Positions 57,083 through 64,000 of a DNA stretch of 64,000 nt are shown in pieces. Source of the DNA: Bacillota bacterium (lineage in GTDB: Bacteria > Bacillota > Clostridia > Christensenellales > DTU072); assembly GCA_023394875.1 (NCBI GenBank), contig JAEXAB010000004.1:135108-199107 (forward strand). Reading direction: 5' to 3'. The notes under the pieces are model-generated. The model saw only the letters and a program-made list of their open reading frames with translations, made no database searches and was not told the origin of the DNA. Both the position numbers and the translations under genes were made by a program. The stretch's first letter is position 1, and every line of letters starts with the position of its first letter.

Positions 57083-59699
57083 GCTTTCACCGATGATGAA
57101 ACATTATCTTACCTTAAAAGAAAAATATCCGGATACCATTATTCTTTATAGGTTGGGCGATTTTTATGAAATGTTCTTTGAAGATGCTATTAAGGCGAGC
57201 AAAATTTTGGAATTGACATTGACCGGCCGTGATTGCGGACTGGAAGAGAGAGCGCCCATGTGCGGCGTTCCTTACCACGCGGTAGATAATTATATCTCCC
57301 GATTGATTTCTTCGGGCAATAAAGTAGGTATTTGCGAGCAGTTAAGCAACCCCGGCGTCCAAAAAGGTATGGTAAAAAGGGATATCGTAAGGATAATAAC
57401 GCCCGGGACAAATACAAATGAAGACATGCTTGACAGCAAAGTAAACCATTATCTTTGTAGCGTAGTAAAGGGAAAGTTCGGCTATGCCAGCGCTATTCTT
57501 GATATAACAACGGGCGAAACATACGCGAAAAGCTTCTCTGGAAGCGATATATTCCAGCTAGAAGACTTTCTTCTGACTAATCTTCCCAGCGAAATAATAG
57601 CCCCGAAAGAGGTTTGCGACGAGTCAAAGTCATTAACATCGGTAATAACCGAAAAACTGGTAAAATTTTCTCCTTATTATGATTATTCCTTTGATTTTGA
57701 TAACGCCAAAGATACCGTATTAAAACAAATGCAGGCTTATAGCTTAGAGGCTTTGGGCTTGCAGAGAGAAGAAAACATAGTAAAAGCCTTGGGCGGACTG
57801 CTTGATTACGTAAAAAACACCCAGAAAAAGAGTTTGAGTCACATAAATTGCGTAAAAGTTCTGTCCAACGGACAAACCATGGAACTTGACTACAACACGG
57901 TTAAAAATCTGGAGCTTGTAGAAACACAAAGCGACAACAAAAAAATCGGCAGTTTGCTGTGGGTGTTGGACAAGACTAAGACAGGTATGGGGGCAAGAAA
58001 GCTCCGTAATTGGGTACTTAATCCATTACAAGACGTTGTCGATATAGAAAACAGACAAACGGCGGTAGGCGAGTTTGCGAAAAATCTGCAAATCCGCAGT
58101 CTTTTGTCCAACGTTTTAGGAAAAGTTAAAGATATAGAACGTTTGGTTACCAAAATTTCTTACGGAACCATAATGCCGAGAGATTGTATTAGTCTAGCTT
58201 CCTCAATTGCGCAATTTCCTTTGATAAAAGAGCTTATTACCAAGACAAAATCGCCACTTTTGAAGACTCTGGACGAAAGTTTTGGCACTTTTACAGAAAT
58301 CAGCAATAAAATTAACGCGACAATTGCCGAAGAGCCGCCCGCGACCCTAAAAGACGGTGGTTTTATAAGAAATAACTGCAATAAAGAGCTTGACGAAACA
58401 AGAAAAATGCAGAAAGACAGTAAAGCTGTACTTGCTAAATTTGAAAGCGACCAAAAACTCCTTACCGGCGTAAGCACACTAAAAGTAGGCTATAACAGAA
58501 TTTTCGGCTATTATATAGAAATATCAAAGAGCAAAAAGCCGGAAACGTTACCGCCAGATTATATAAGAAAGCAAACCATAGCCAACGGCGAAAGATACGT
58601 CAATGATGAATTAATGCGTTTAGAAAAAGAGATTTTGGGCGCAGCGGACAAAATACTTTACTTAGAAAACCAAATTTATGAGGAACTTAAAGAATATTTA
58701 GCTAATTTTGTTGCTCCTCTGCAACGTAATGCCGAAATTATCGCTAATTACGACTGTTTGTTGTCCCTTGCAGAAACTGCGGTTAAGAACAATTATACCA
58801 AACCGAAGTTCGTTAAAGATAACGTTATTAATATAACCGACGGCAGGCACCCTGTTGTGGATATGCTTATTGGCGCCAATGAGTTTGTGCCGAATGACAC
58901 TTTTATTAACAAAGATAACCTTACCATGATAATAACAGGCCCGAATATGGCAGGTAAGAGTACATATATTAGACAAGTTGCCATAATAACCCTTATGGCG
59001 CATATCGGTAGTTTTGTGCCTGCAGCTAAGGCAGAACTTTGTCTTGTGGACAAGATTTTTACAAGAGTTGGCGCAAGCGATAATCTTATCCGCGGTCAAA
59101 GTACTTTTATGGTGGAAATGCTGGAAGTTGCCAATATCCTAAACAACGCCACCTCAAAAAGTCTGCTTATCCTTGACGAAATAGGGAGAGGAACTTCCAC
59201 ATTGGACGGACTTAGCATAGCATGGGCGATTGTAGAGCATATTACCCTAAATCTAGCCGCCAAAACGCTGTTTGCAACGCACTATCACGAACTAAGCGAA
59301 CTGGAACAACTACTAAAAGGAATCAGAAATTACCGCATTTTAGTGCAGGAAAAGAGCGACGGTATAGCGTTTTTATATAAAATCGCCCGCGGCGGAGCCA
59401 ATAAGAGTTTCGGTATAGAAGTTGCGGAAATTGCCGGGGTTAAAAAGTCGGTTATTGCCAGAGCCAAAGATATTATGGCATCGTTATCTGACAATCATGA
59501 GCTAAGCGGCGGGCTGAAAGACAAATTATCGGCAAATAATAATTCAACCGAAGTTATCGCCGACCAGTTTTCTATTTTTAATGAGGATCCACGTTTTGTG
59601 GAGATTTCCAAAATACTAAAAGACACCGATATTAACAGATGCACGCCTATTGAGGCCTTGACTATACTTTCCGATTTGAAGAAAATCATCAATAAATAG
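57075..59699 (+). CDS. mutS: DNA mismatch repair protein MutS
   Basis: TPMMKHYLTLKEKYPD...LYRLGDFYEMFFEDA mismatch-binding N-terminus, GPNMAGKST Walker A, LILDEIGRGTST. I prefer ATG 57075 (SD GGGGGG) over TTG 57072. Confidence 0.97.
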   Translation: MDKLSPMMKHYLTLKEKYPDTIILYRLGDFYEMFFEDAIKASKILELTLTGRDCGLEERAPMCGVPYHAVDNYISRLISSGNKVGICEQLSNPGVQKGMVKRDIVRIITPGTNTNEDMLDSKVNHYLCSVVKGKFGYASAILDITTGETYAKSFSGSDIFQLEDFLLTNLPSEIIAPKEVCDESKSLTSVITEKLVKFSPYYDYSFDFDNAKDTVLKQMQAYSLEALGLQREENIVKALGGLLDYVKNTQKKSLSHINCVKVLSNGQTMELDYNTVKNLELVETQSDNKKIGSLLWVLDKTKTGMGARKLRNWVLNPLQDVVDIENRQTAVGEFAKNLQIRSLLSNVLGKVKDIERLVTKISYGTIMPRDCISLASSIAQFPLIKELITKTKSPLLKTLDESFGTFTEISNKINATIAEEPPATLKDGGFIRNNCNKELDETRKMQKDSKAVLAKFESDQKLLTGVSTLKVGYNRIFGYYIEISKSKKPETLPPDYIRKQTIANGERYVNDELMRLEKEILGAADKILYLENQIYEELKEYLANFVAPLQRNAEIIANYDCLLSLAETAVKNNYTKPKFVKDNVINITDGRHPVVDMLIGANEFVPNDTFINKDNLTMIITGPNMAGKSTYIRQVAIITLMAHIGSFVPAAKAELCLVDKIFTRVGASDNLIRGQSTFMVEMLEVANILNNATSKSLLILDEIGRGTSTLDGLSIAWAIVEHITLNLAAKTLFATHYHELSELEQLLKGIRNYRILVQEKSDGIAFLYKIARGGANKSFGIEVAEIAGVKKSVIARAKDIMASLSDNHELSGGLKDKLSANNNSTEVIADQFSIFNEDPRFVEISKILKDTDINRCTPIEALTILSDLKKIINK

Positions 59700-59706
59700 G
59701 GGGATT

Positions 59707-61503
59707 ATGGGAGTAATTAATATACTTGAAAGCAAAGTTTACAATCAAATCTCCGCCGGCGAAGTGGTGGAAAATCCTTCTTCTATTGTCAAAGAATTGG
59801 TAGAAAACAGCATTGACGCGGGAGCTACTGCCATTGAAGTTGCCGTTTTGGACGGAGGAATTAAATCTATTATTGTTTCCGATAACGGTTGCGGTATGGA
59901 TAAAGTTGACTTGCGCCTAAGCGTTATGCCGCATGCTACCAGTAAAATAAAAGTAGCAGCGGATCTTGATATGATATCCACTTTAGGTTTCCGCGGAGAG
60001 GCTTTGGCAAGTATAGCGGCAGTAAGTTCTGTGGAAATTAAGTCAAGTAATAACGGTAAAGCCAATTTATTAATAGTTAAAGGCAATGAAGTTATCAAAG
60101 AAGAAGAAACGACTTTGAACATCGGTACGGTTATAAAAATCACTTCCTTATTTTTTAATACTCCGGCTAGATTTAAGTTTCTTAAAGCGCCCAAAACCGA
60201 AGAAAGCTTGATAACCAGACAGCTTTTGGAGATTATTTTTGCCAATCCCGATATCTCTTTTAAGTACGTTGCCGATGGAGAAATAATATTCCAAACCGAA
60301 GGGGGCGGCTTAAAAGATGCGCTATATTCGGTCTACAGTAGTGAAATTGCCGAAAATATGCTGCCGATTTCCGGAGAGAATAAAGGTTACCGCATAGAAG
60401 GCTATACCGCAAGACCGGCTACTGAAGCTATAAAGAACAACAGAAGACACCAAATAATTATTATTAACGGCAGAAGCATATCGGATCAGACAATCTCCGC
60501 CGTTGTTCAGAACGCATATTCGGACAAGCTAATGAAAAGGACTTTTCCTTCCTTTATATTGGATATAATAGCGCCGTTTGATACTGTTGACGTAAATGTA
60601 CACCCAAACAAAAAGGAAGTGCGTTTTGCCGAGCCGAAAATAATTCACGGACTTATTTATCATGCAGTTGCCAACGCCATAAACGCCGACGAAAACGCAA
60701 AAATACAGGAAATAATAAATAACCTAACGCAAAGCGAAAATACGGTAAAAGAAACGGTTAAAGAGAAAGAAATACTTTTTGCCCTTCCTCAAGAAAGTGA
60801 AGAGACTGTAAATTATAATTACGTACCGCAAAAAGGTTTAGAAATAAAAGAGGAGATAAAAACCGAAAAAATAGTCAAATTTTCGGACATTATTACTGAT
60901 ATACCCGTCAGCGAGAAAGTTTTTGAGGAAGAAAAACCAATTTACCGCATAATAGGACAGTTATTTGACACTTATTTGCTGATTGAATTTTCTGACAAAA
61001 TGTTTATTATAGACCAGCATGCTGTTCATGAAAAAATTCTTTATAACCGCATTATGGACAGTTACGAAAAAAGCGCGCAATCCCAAGACCTTTTGATTCC
61101 TTACGAAATTGATATGGACGTTGAAGACATCGAATACCTAAAACAAAACGTAAATCACCTAAAAAAGATAGGTTTTGATTTGGTTTTTGGTAAAAACGGA
61201 ATAATAATAAATAGCATTCCCGCAATTTTGATGAATCTTGACATACCCGAATTTTTCAATGATTTTATAACAGAAAAATCAAATAATAGCGGTGTGGAAA
61301 GTAACTCCTTGAGGTCAAAAATTGCCACAATGGCTTGCAAAAGCGCCATTAAGGGCGGCGATAAGTTAACGGATAGCCAAATTCGTTTTGTTCTGGATTA
61401 TTTCTTAGAAAATAATTTACCTATGCAGTGTCCGCACGGCAGACCGACTATAAGCGTATTGACAAAGTCCCAGATAGAAAAAATGTTTAAGAGGATAGTA
61501 TAA
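59707..61503 (+). CDS. mutL: DNA mismatch repair protein MutL
   Basis: ISAGEVVENPSSIVKELVENSIDAGAT GHKL ATPase N-terminus, and C-terminal endonuclease-type region DQHAVHEKILY ... CPHGRPT. Confidence 0.97.
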   Translation: MGVINILESKVYNQISAGEVVENPSSIVKELVENSIDAGATAIEVAVLDGGIKSIIVSDNGCGMDKVDLRLSVMPHATSKIKVAADLDMISTLGFRGEALASIAAVSSVEIKSSNNGKANLLIVKGNEVIKEEETTLNIGTVIKITSLFFNTPARFKFLKAPKTEESLITRQLLEIIFANPDISFKYVADGEIIFQTEGGGLKDALYSVYSSEIAENMLPISGENKGYRIEGYTARPATEAIKNNRRHQIIIINGRSISDQTISAVVQNAYSDKLMKRTFPSFILDIIAPFDTVDVNVHPNKKEVRFAEPKIIHGLIYHAVANAINADENAKIQEIINNLTQSENTVKETVKEKEILFALPQESEETVNYNYVPQKGLEIKEEIKTEKIVKFSDIITDIPVSEKVFEEEKPIYRIIGQLFDTYLLIEFSDKMFIIDQHAVHEKILYNRIMDSYEKSAQSQDLLIPYEIDMDVEDIEYLKQNVNHLKKIGFDLVFGKNGIIINSIPAILMNLDIPEFFNDFITEKSNNSGVESNSLRSKIATMACKSAIKGGDKLTDSQIRFVLDYFLENNLPMQCPHGRPTISVLTKSQIEKMFKRIV

Positions 61504-62412
61504 ATGCTGATAATAGGCGGGGCTACAGCTACAGGAAAAAGCGGTATTGCGTTGCAGGTTGCCAAAGAGATTAACGGCGAGATAATAAGCGCGGACAGCA
61601 TGCAGATATATAAATATATGGATATAGGCACCGCCAAAATAACAATGGAAGAAAGGCAGGGCATCGTTCATCACCTTATCGATATCGTAGAACCTGAGGA
61701 AAATTTCAGCGTGGCGCAATTTTGCAGCATTGCCCGAGAGAAAATAATCGATATAAAATCAAGAAACAAAGTGCCAATAATTGCCGGCGGAACAGGCTTA
61801 TATATAAATACACTTATTTATGAATATAAACTATCAAATCAGGATTTGGAATTACGTGACAGCTTAAAAAAAGAGCTGGAAACAGTGGGCAAAGAAGAAA
61901 TGTATAAAAAATTAAGCGCGGTAGACCCTGTATCGGCTTCAAAAATACATCAAAACAACGTAAAAAGAGTATTACGCGCTTTGGAAGTGTATTTATCCAG
62001 CGGTCAATCCTTAGGAGAAAAAGACGACAAGAAAGAGACTATACCCCATATGATGTATGCTTTAAGCTTGGATAGGGATAAATTGTATCAAAAAATAAAC
62101 GACAGAGTCGATAAAATGTTCCAGACGGGACTTGTTGAAGAATTAGAGTACTTAGTAAACGAAAAGAAGCTAAATTTCGATATGCAAAGTATGCAGGCAA
62201 TAGGATACAAAGAATTCAAAAATTACTTTACCGATATAGAAAGTATGGAAGAAATAAAAAACAATATCAAACAACACACAAGGAATTACGCCAAAAGACA
62301 AATAACCTGGCTAAAAAGCATACCCACTTGCCAGTGGCTGAGAAACGAAGATAAACAGCAAATAATCGACAAAATTTGCATAGAGTATTCTAAATATAAA
62401 GCTAATTTATAA
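61504..62412 (+). CDS. miaA: tRNA dimethylallyltransferase
   Basis: GGATATGKSG P-loop, ISADSMQIYKYMDIGTAK, and YAKRQITWLK motifs. Confidence 0.95.
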   Translation: MLIIGGATATGKSGIALQVAKEINGEIISADSMQIYKYMDIGTAKITMEERQGIVHHLIDIVEPEENFSVAQFCSIAREKIIDIKSRNKVPIIAGGTGLYINTLIYEYKLSNQDLELRDSLKKELETVGKEEMYKKLSAVDPVSASKIHQNNVKRVLRALEVYLSSGQSLGEKDDKKETIPHMMYALSLDRDKLYQKINDRVDKMFQTGLVEELEYLVNEKKLNFDMQSMQAIGYKEFKNYFTDIESMEEIKNNIKQHTRNYAKRQITWLKSIPTCQWLRNEDKQQIIDKICIEYSKYKANL

Positions 62413-62427
62413 TTATAGGTGTATAAA

Positions 62428-63657
62428 ATGGACAAATCAACAGCAAAGAAAATACTAAACGAATGCGAAAAAAAGGCAGCGGATGATTTCAGAATATTAG
62501 AAGAAGTCGCATTATACAATCAAAGCAAAGTTCTCAATGCTTTCCGAAAAAACCGCGTCAGCAGCATGCATTTTCAAGGCACAAACGGTTATGGCTACAA
62601 CGACAGCGGCAGAGAAACCCTATGCAAGGTTTTTAGCGATATAATGCACTGCGAAGACAGTATTGTTTCTCCCTTGATAGCTAACGGCACTCATGCCTTA
62701 AATTTAGCTCTTTTTGGTCTTCTTAGGCCGAATGATTTATTATTAAGTATTTCGGGCAAGCCTTATGATACATTAGACGCAGTAATTAACGGAGAAAATA
62801 ACGGTTCTTTGAAGGATTACGGCATAAAATACAGCAAGATTGAGTTAACCGACGAGGGAGAATTTGACTATACCGCAATAACAAAAGCGCTGGAAAACAA
62901 GCCGAAAGTGGTATTTATTCAACGTTCTAAGGGTTATTTATGGAGAGACGCCCTTACTATGGACAGAGTCTCCAATGGCATAAATCACGTAAAAAAAGTA
63001 TATCCCGAAGCTATTATATTAGTTGATAATTGCTATGGAGAATTCGTGGAGAAAATAGAACCCACTGACGTAGGCGCGGACATAATCGTTGGCTCTTTAA
63101 TAAAGAATCCAGGCGGCGGAATTGCCCCCACAGGCGGCTATATTTGCGGTAAAAAGTCACTAATAGAACAAATTTCTTACCGTTTAACCGTACCGTCTAT
63201 GGGTATGGAAGTCGGCTCTTACAGTAGCGGTTATCGACTGTTTTTCCAAGGGATATTCCTTGCTCCGTCAATTGTACTTAACGCATTGAAAGGTAACGTT
63301 TTGGCAGGATACGCATTCAAAACAATGGGATACAAAACCATGCCGGAGGCAGGAGAAATGCCGGCGGATATAATAAAATCCATAAAATTTAATACAAGTG
63401 AAGAGCTTATTACGTTTTGTCAGACAATACAAACCGTTTCTCCGATAGATAGTTATGTAACGCCCGAGCCTTGGGATATGCCTGGATACAGTAATCCGGT
63501 AATAATGGCAGCAGGAACATTTGTTCAGGGCGCATCATTGGAGCTTACGGCAGACGGCACAATAAGAGATCCTTATATAGCTTATATGCAAGGCGGCTTA
63601 ACGTACGAACATTGTAAACTAGCTTTATTAGAACTATTAGAAAAGCTTGCTAAATAG
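62428..63657 (+). CDS. YnbB-like PLP-dependent protein (methionine gamma-lyase / aluminium-resistance family)
   Basis: Family-typical GYGYNDSGRE, VDNCYGEF and GSLIKNPGGG blocks. I prefer ATG 62428 (SD AGGTG, 9-nt spacing) over the track's GTG 62419. Confidence 0.85.
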   Translation: MDKSTAKKILNECEKKAADDFRILEEVALYNQSKVLNAFRKNRVSSMHFQGTNGYGYNDSGRETLCKVFSDIMHCEDSIVSPLIANGTHALNLALFGLLRPNDLLLSISGKPYDTLDAVINGENNGSLKDYGIKYSKIELTDEGEFDYTAITKALENKPKVVFIQRSKGYLWRDALTMDRVSNGINHVKKVYPEAIILVDNCYGEFVEKIEPTDVGADIIVGSLIKNPGGGIAPTGGYICGKKSLIEQISYRLTVPSMGMEVGSYSSGYRLFFQGIFLAPSIVLNALKGNVLAGYAFKTMGYKTMPEAGEMPADIIKSIKFNTSEELITFCQTIQTVSPIDSYVTPEPWDMPGYSNPVIMAAGTFVQGASLELTADGTIRDPYIAYMQGGLTYEHCKLALLELLEKLAK

Positions 63658-63714
63658 AATACATTTTCAAAAATTAATCTAATTTAGAATAATTGCCACT
63701 ACTCCGAACGCTTT

Positions 63715-63744
63715 CTCTTCGCAAAATGTGTATTTTGCGAAGAG
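63715..63744 (+). other. perfect 13-bp hairpin downstream of the ynbB-like gene (possible terminator without a canonical U-tract)
   Basis: CTCTTCGCAAAAT-gtgt-ATTTTGCGAAGAG; followed by ATATAGATGTTTTAATTTTT rather than an immediate T-run. Confidence 0.4.
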
Positions 63745-63749
63745 ATATA

Positions 63750-63962
63750 GATGTTTTAATTTTTGCTATCCGCTCTTCATTTTACTAACTTTGCAAAGGA
63801 AATTTTTTTCCGCTCAACATTTTTAGTACTCTGTTCTGTTATGTGGCTACTTAGTGATGTTTTTATTTTCGCTTCCGCTCTTCATTTTACTAACTTTGCA
63901 AAGGAATTTTTTTCCGCTCAATATTTTTAATACTCTGTTCTGTTATGGGGCTACTTAGTATG
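63750..63962. repeat. tandem direct repeat, about 2 copies of a ~105-bp unit
   Basis: Unit starting TCCGCTCTTCATTTTACTAACTTTGCAAAGGAA...CTGTTCTGTTATG.GGCTACTTAG at 63769 and again at 63874 (a few substitutions, one 1-nt indel). The unit tail GATGTTTT.ATTTT.GCT is also present at 63750-63768. No ORF of 60 aa or more overlaps it. Confidence 0.8.
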
Positions 63963-64000
63963 GACAATATCCTGTGTGTGTGATAAAATATTATAGATGA

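Noticed and set aside
59745-60245. 166-aa antisense ORF inside mutL. Similar long antisense ORFs occur elsewhere (for example 50035-50478 in mutS2, 43720-44145 in pheT, 3154-3561 in the ftsA-like gene, 36026-36418 in infB)
   Set aside because: All lie opposite strongly supported conserved genes, lack SD sequences, and have low-complexity Ser/Leu/Ile-rich translations typical of shadow ORFs in AT-rich genomes.
63750-63962. Tandem repeat considered as a CRISPR array or MITE
   Set aside because: There are only two units, directly abutting with no unique spacers, and the unit length (~105 bp) is wrong for CRISPR. No terminal inverted repeats or target-site duplications are evident. It is kept as an unexplained repeat instead.

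Overview
AT-rich, almost entirely plus-strand core-genome window from an endospore-forming Firmicute. It is probably Clostridia rather than Bacilli, because the RNase P RNA is type A while spoIIGA, sigE, sigG, sigK and yunB are all present. Gene order is: ftsW/spoVE(partial)-murA-divIB-ftsA-like-ftsZ-spoIIGA-sigE-sigG-ylmC-nrdR-rluD-like-sigK; rnpB (minus strand); a 2467-aa cyclic beta-1,2-glucan synthase-like protein; rarA-rubrerythrin-ABC pair-ruvX-DUF1292; rpsB-tsf-pyrH-(lipoprotein)-frr-uppS-cdsA-dxr-rseP-ispG; a 508-aa PolC-like N-terminal/exonuclease protein; rimP-nusA-ylxR-ylxQ-infB-rbfA-nrnA-truB-ribF; nfo-like TIM barrel-yunB-pheS-pheT-U32-mutS2-small membrane protein-nifS-like-thiI; PBP1A (minus strand); miaB-mutS-mutL-miaA-ynbB-like; and a tandem repeat at the right edge. 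I found no tRNA or rRNA genes, CRISPR arrays, transposases, integrases or prophage genes, and no obvious multi-gene defence or accessory island. The points most worth a second look are: (1) the syntenic polC slot holds a gene with only PolC-like N-terminal, OB and DEDDh exonuclease modules; (2) a complete Cgs/NdvB-type giant glucan synthase in a Gram-positive spore-former; (3) an FtsA-like protein with degenerate nucleotide-binding motifs; (4) a recurring promoter geometry that predicts leaderless mRNAs; (5) a terminator inside the rimP-nusA leader; (6) an unexplained ~105-bp tandem repeat. All calls come from reading the ORF translations and the DNA by eye. No searches or folding programs were run, and the coordinates of small sites were counted manually.
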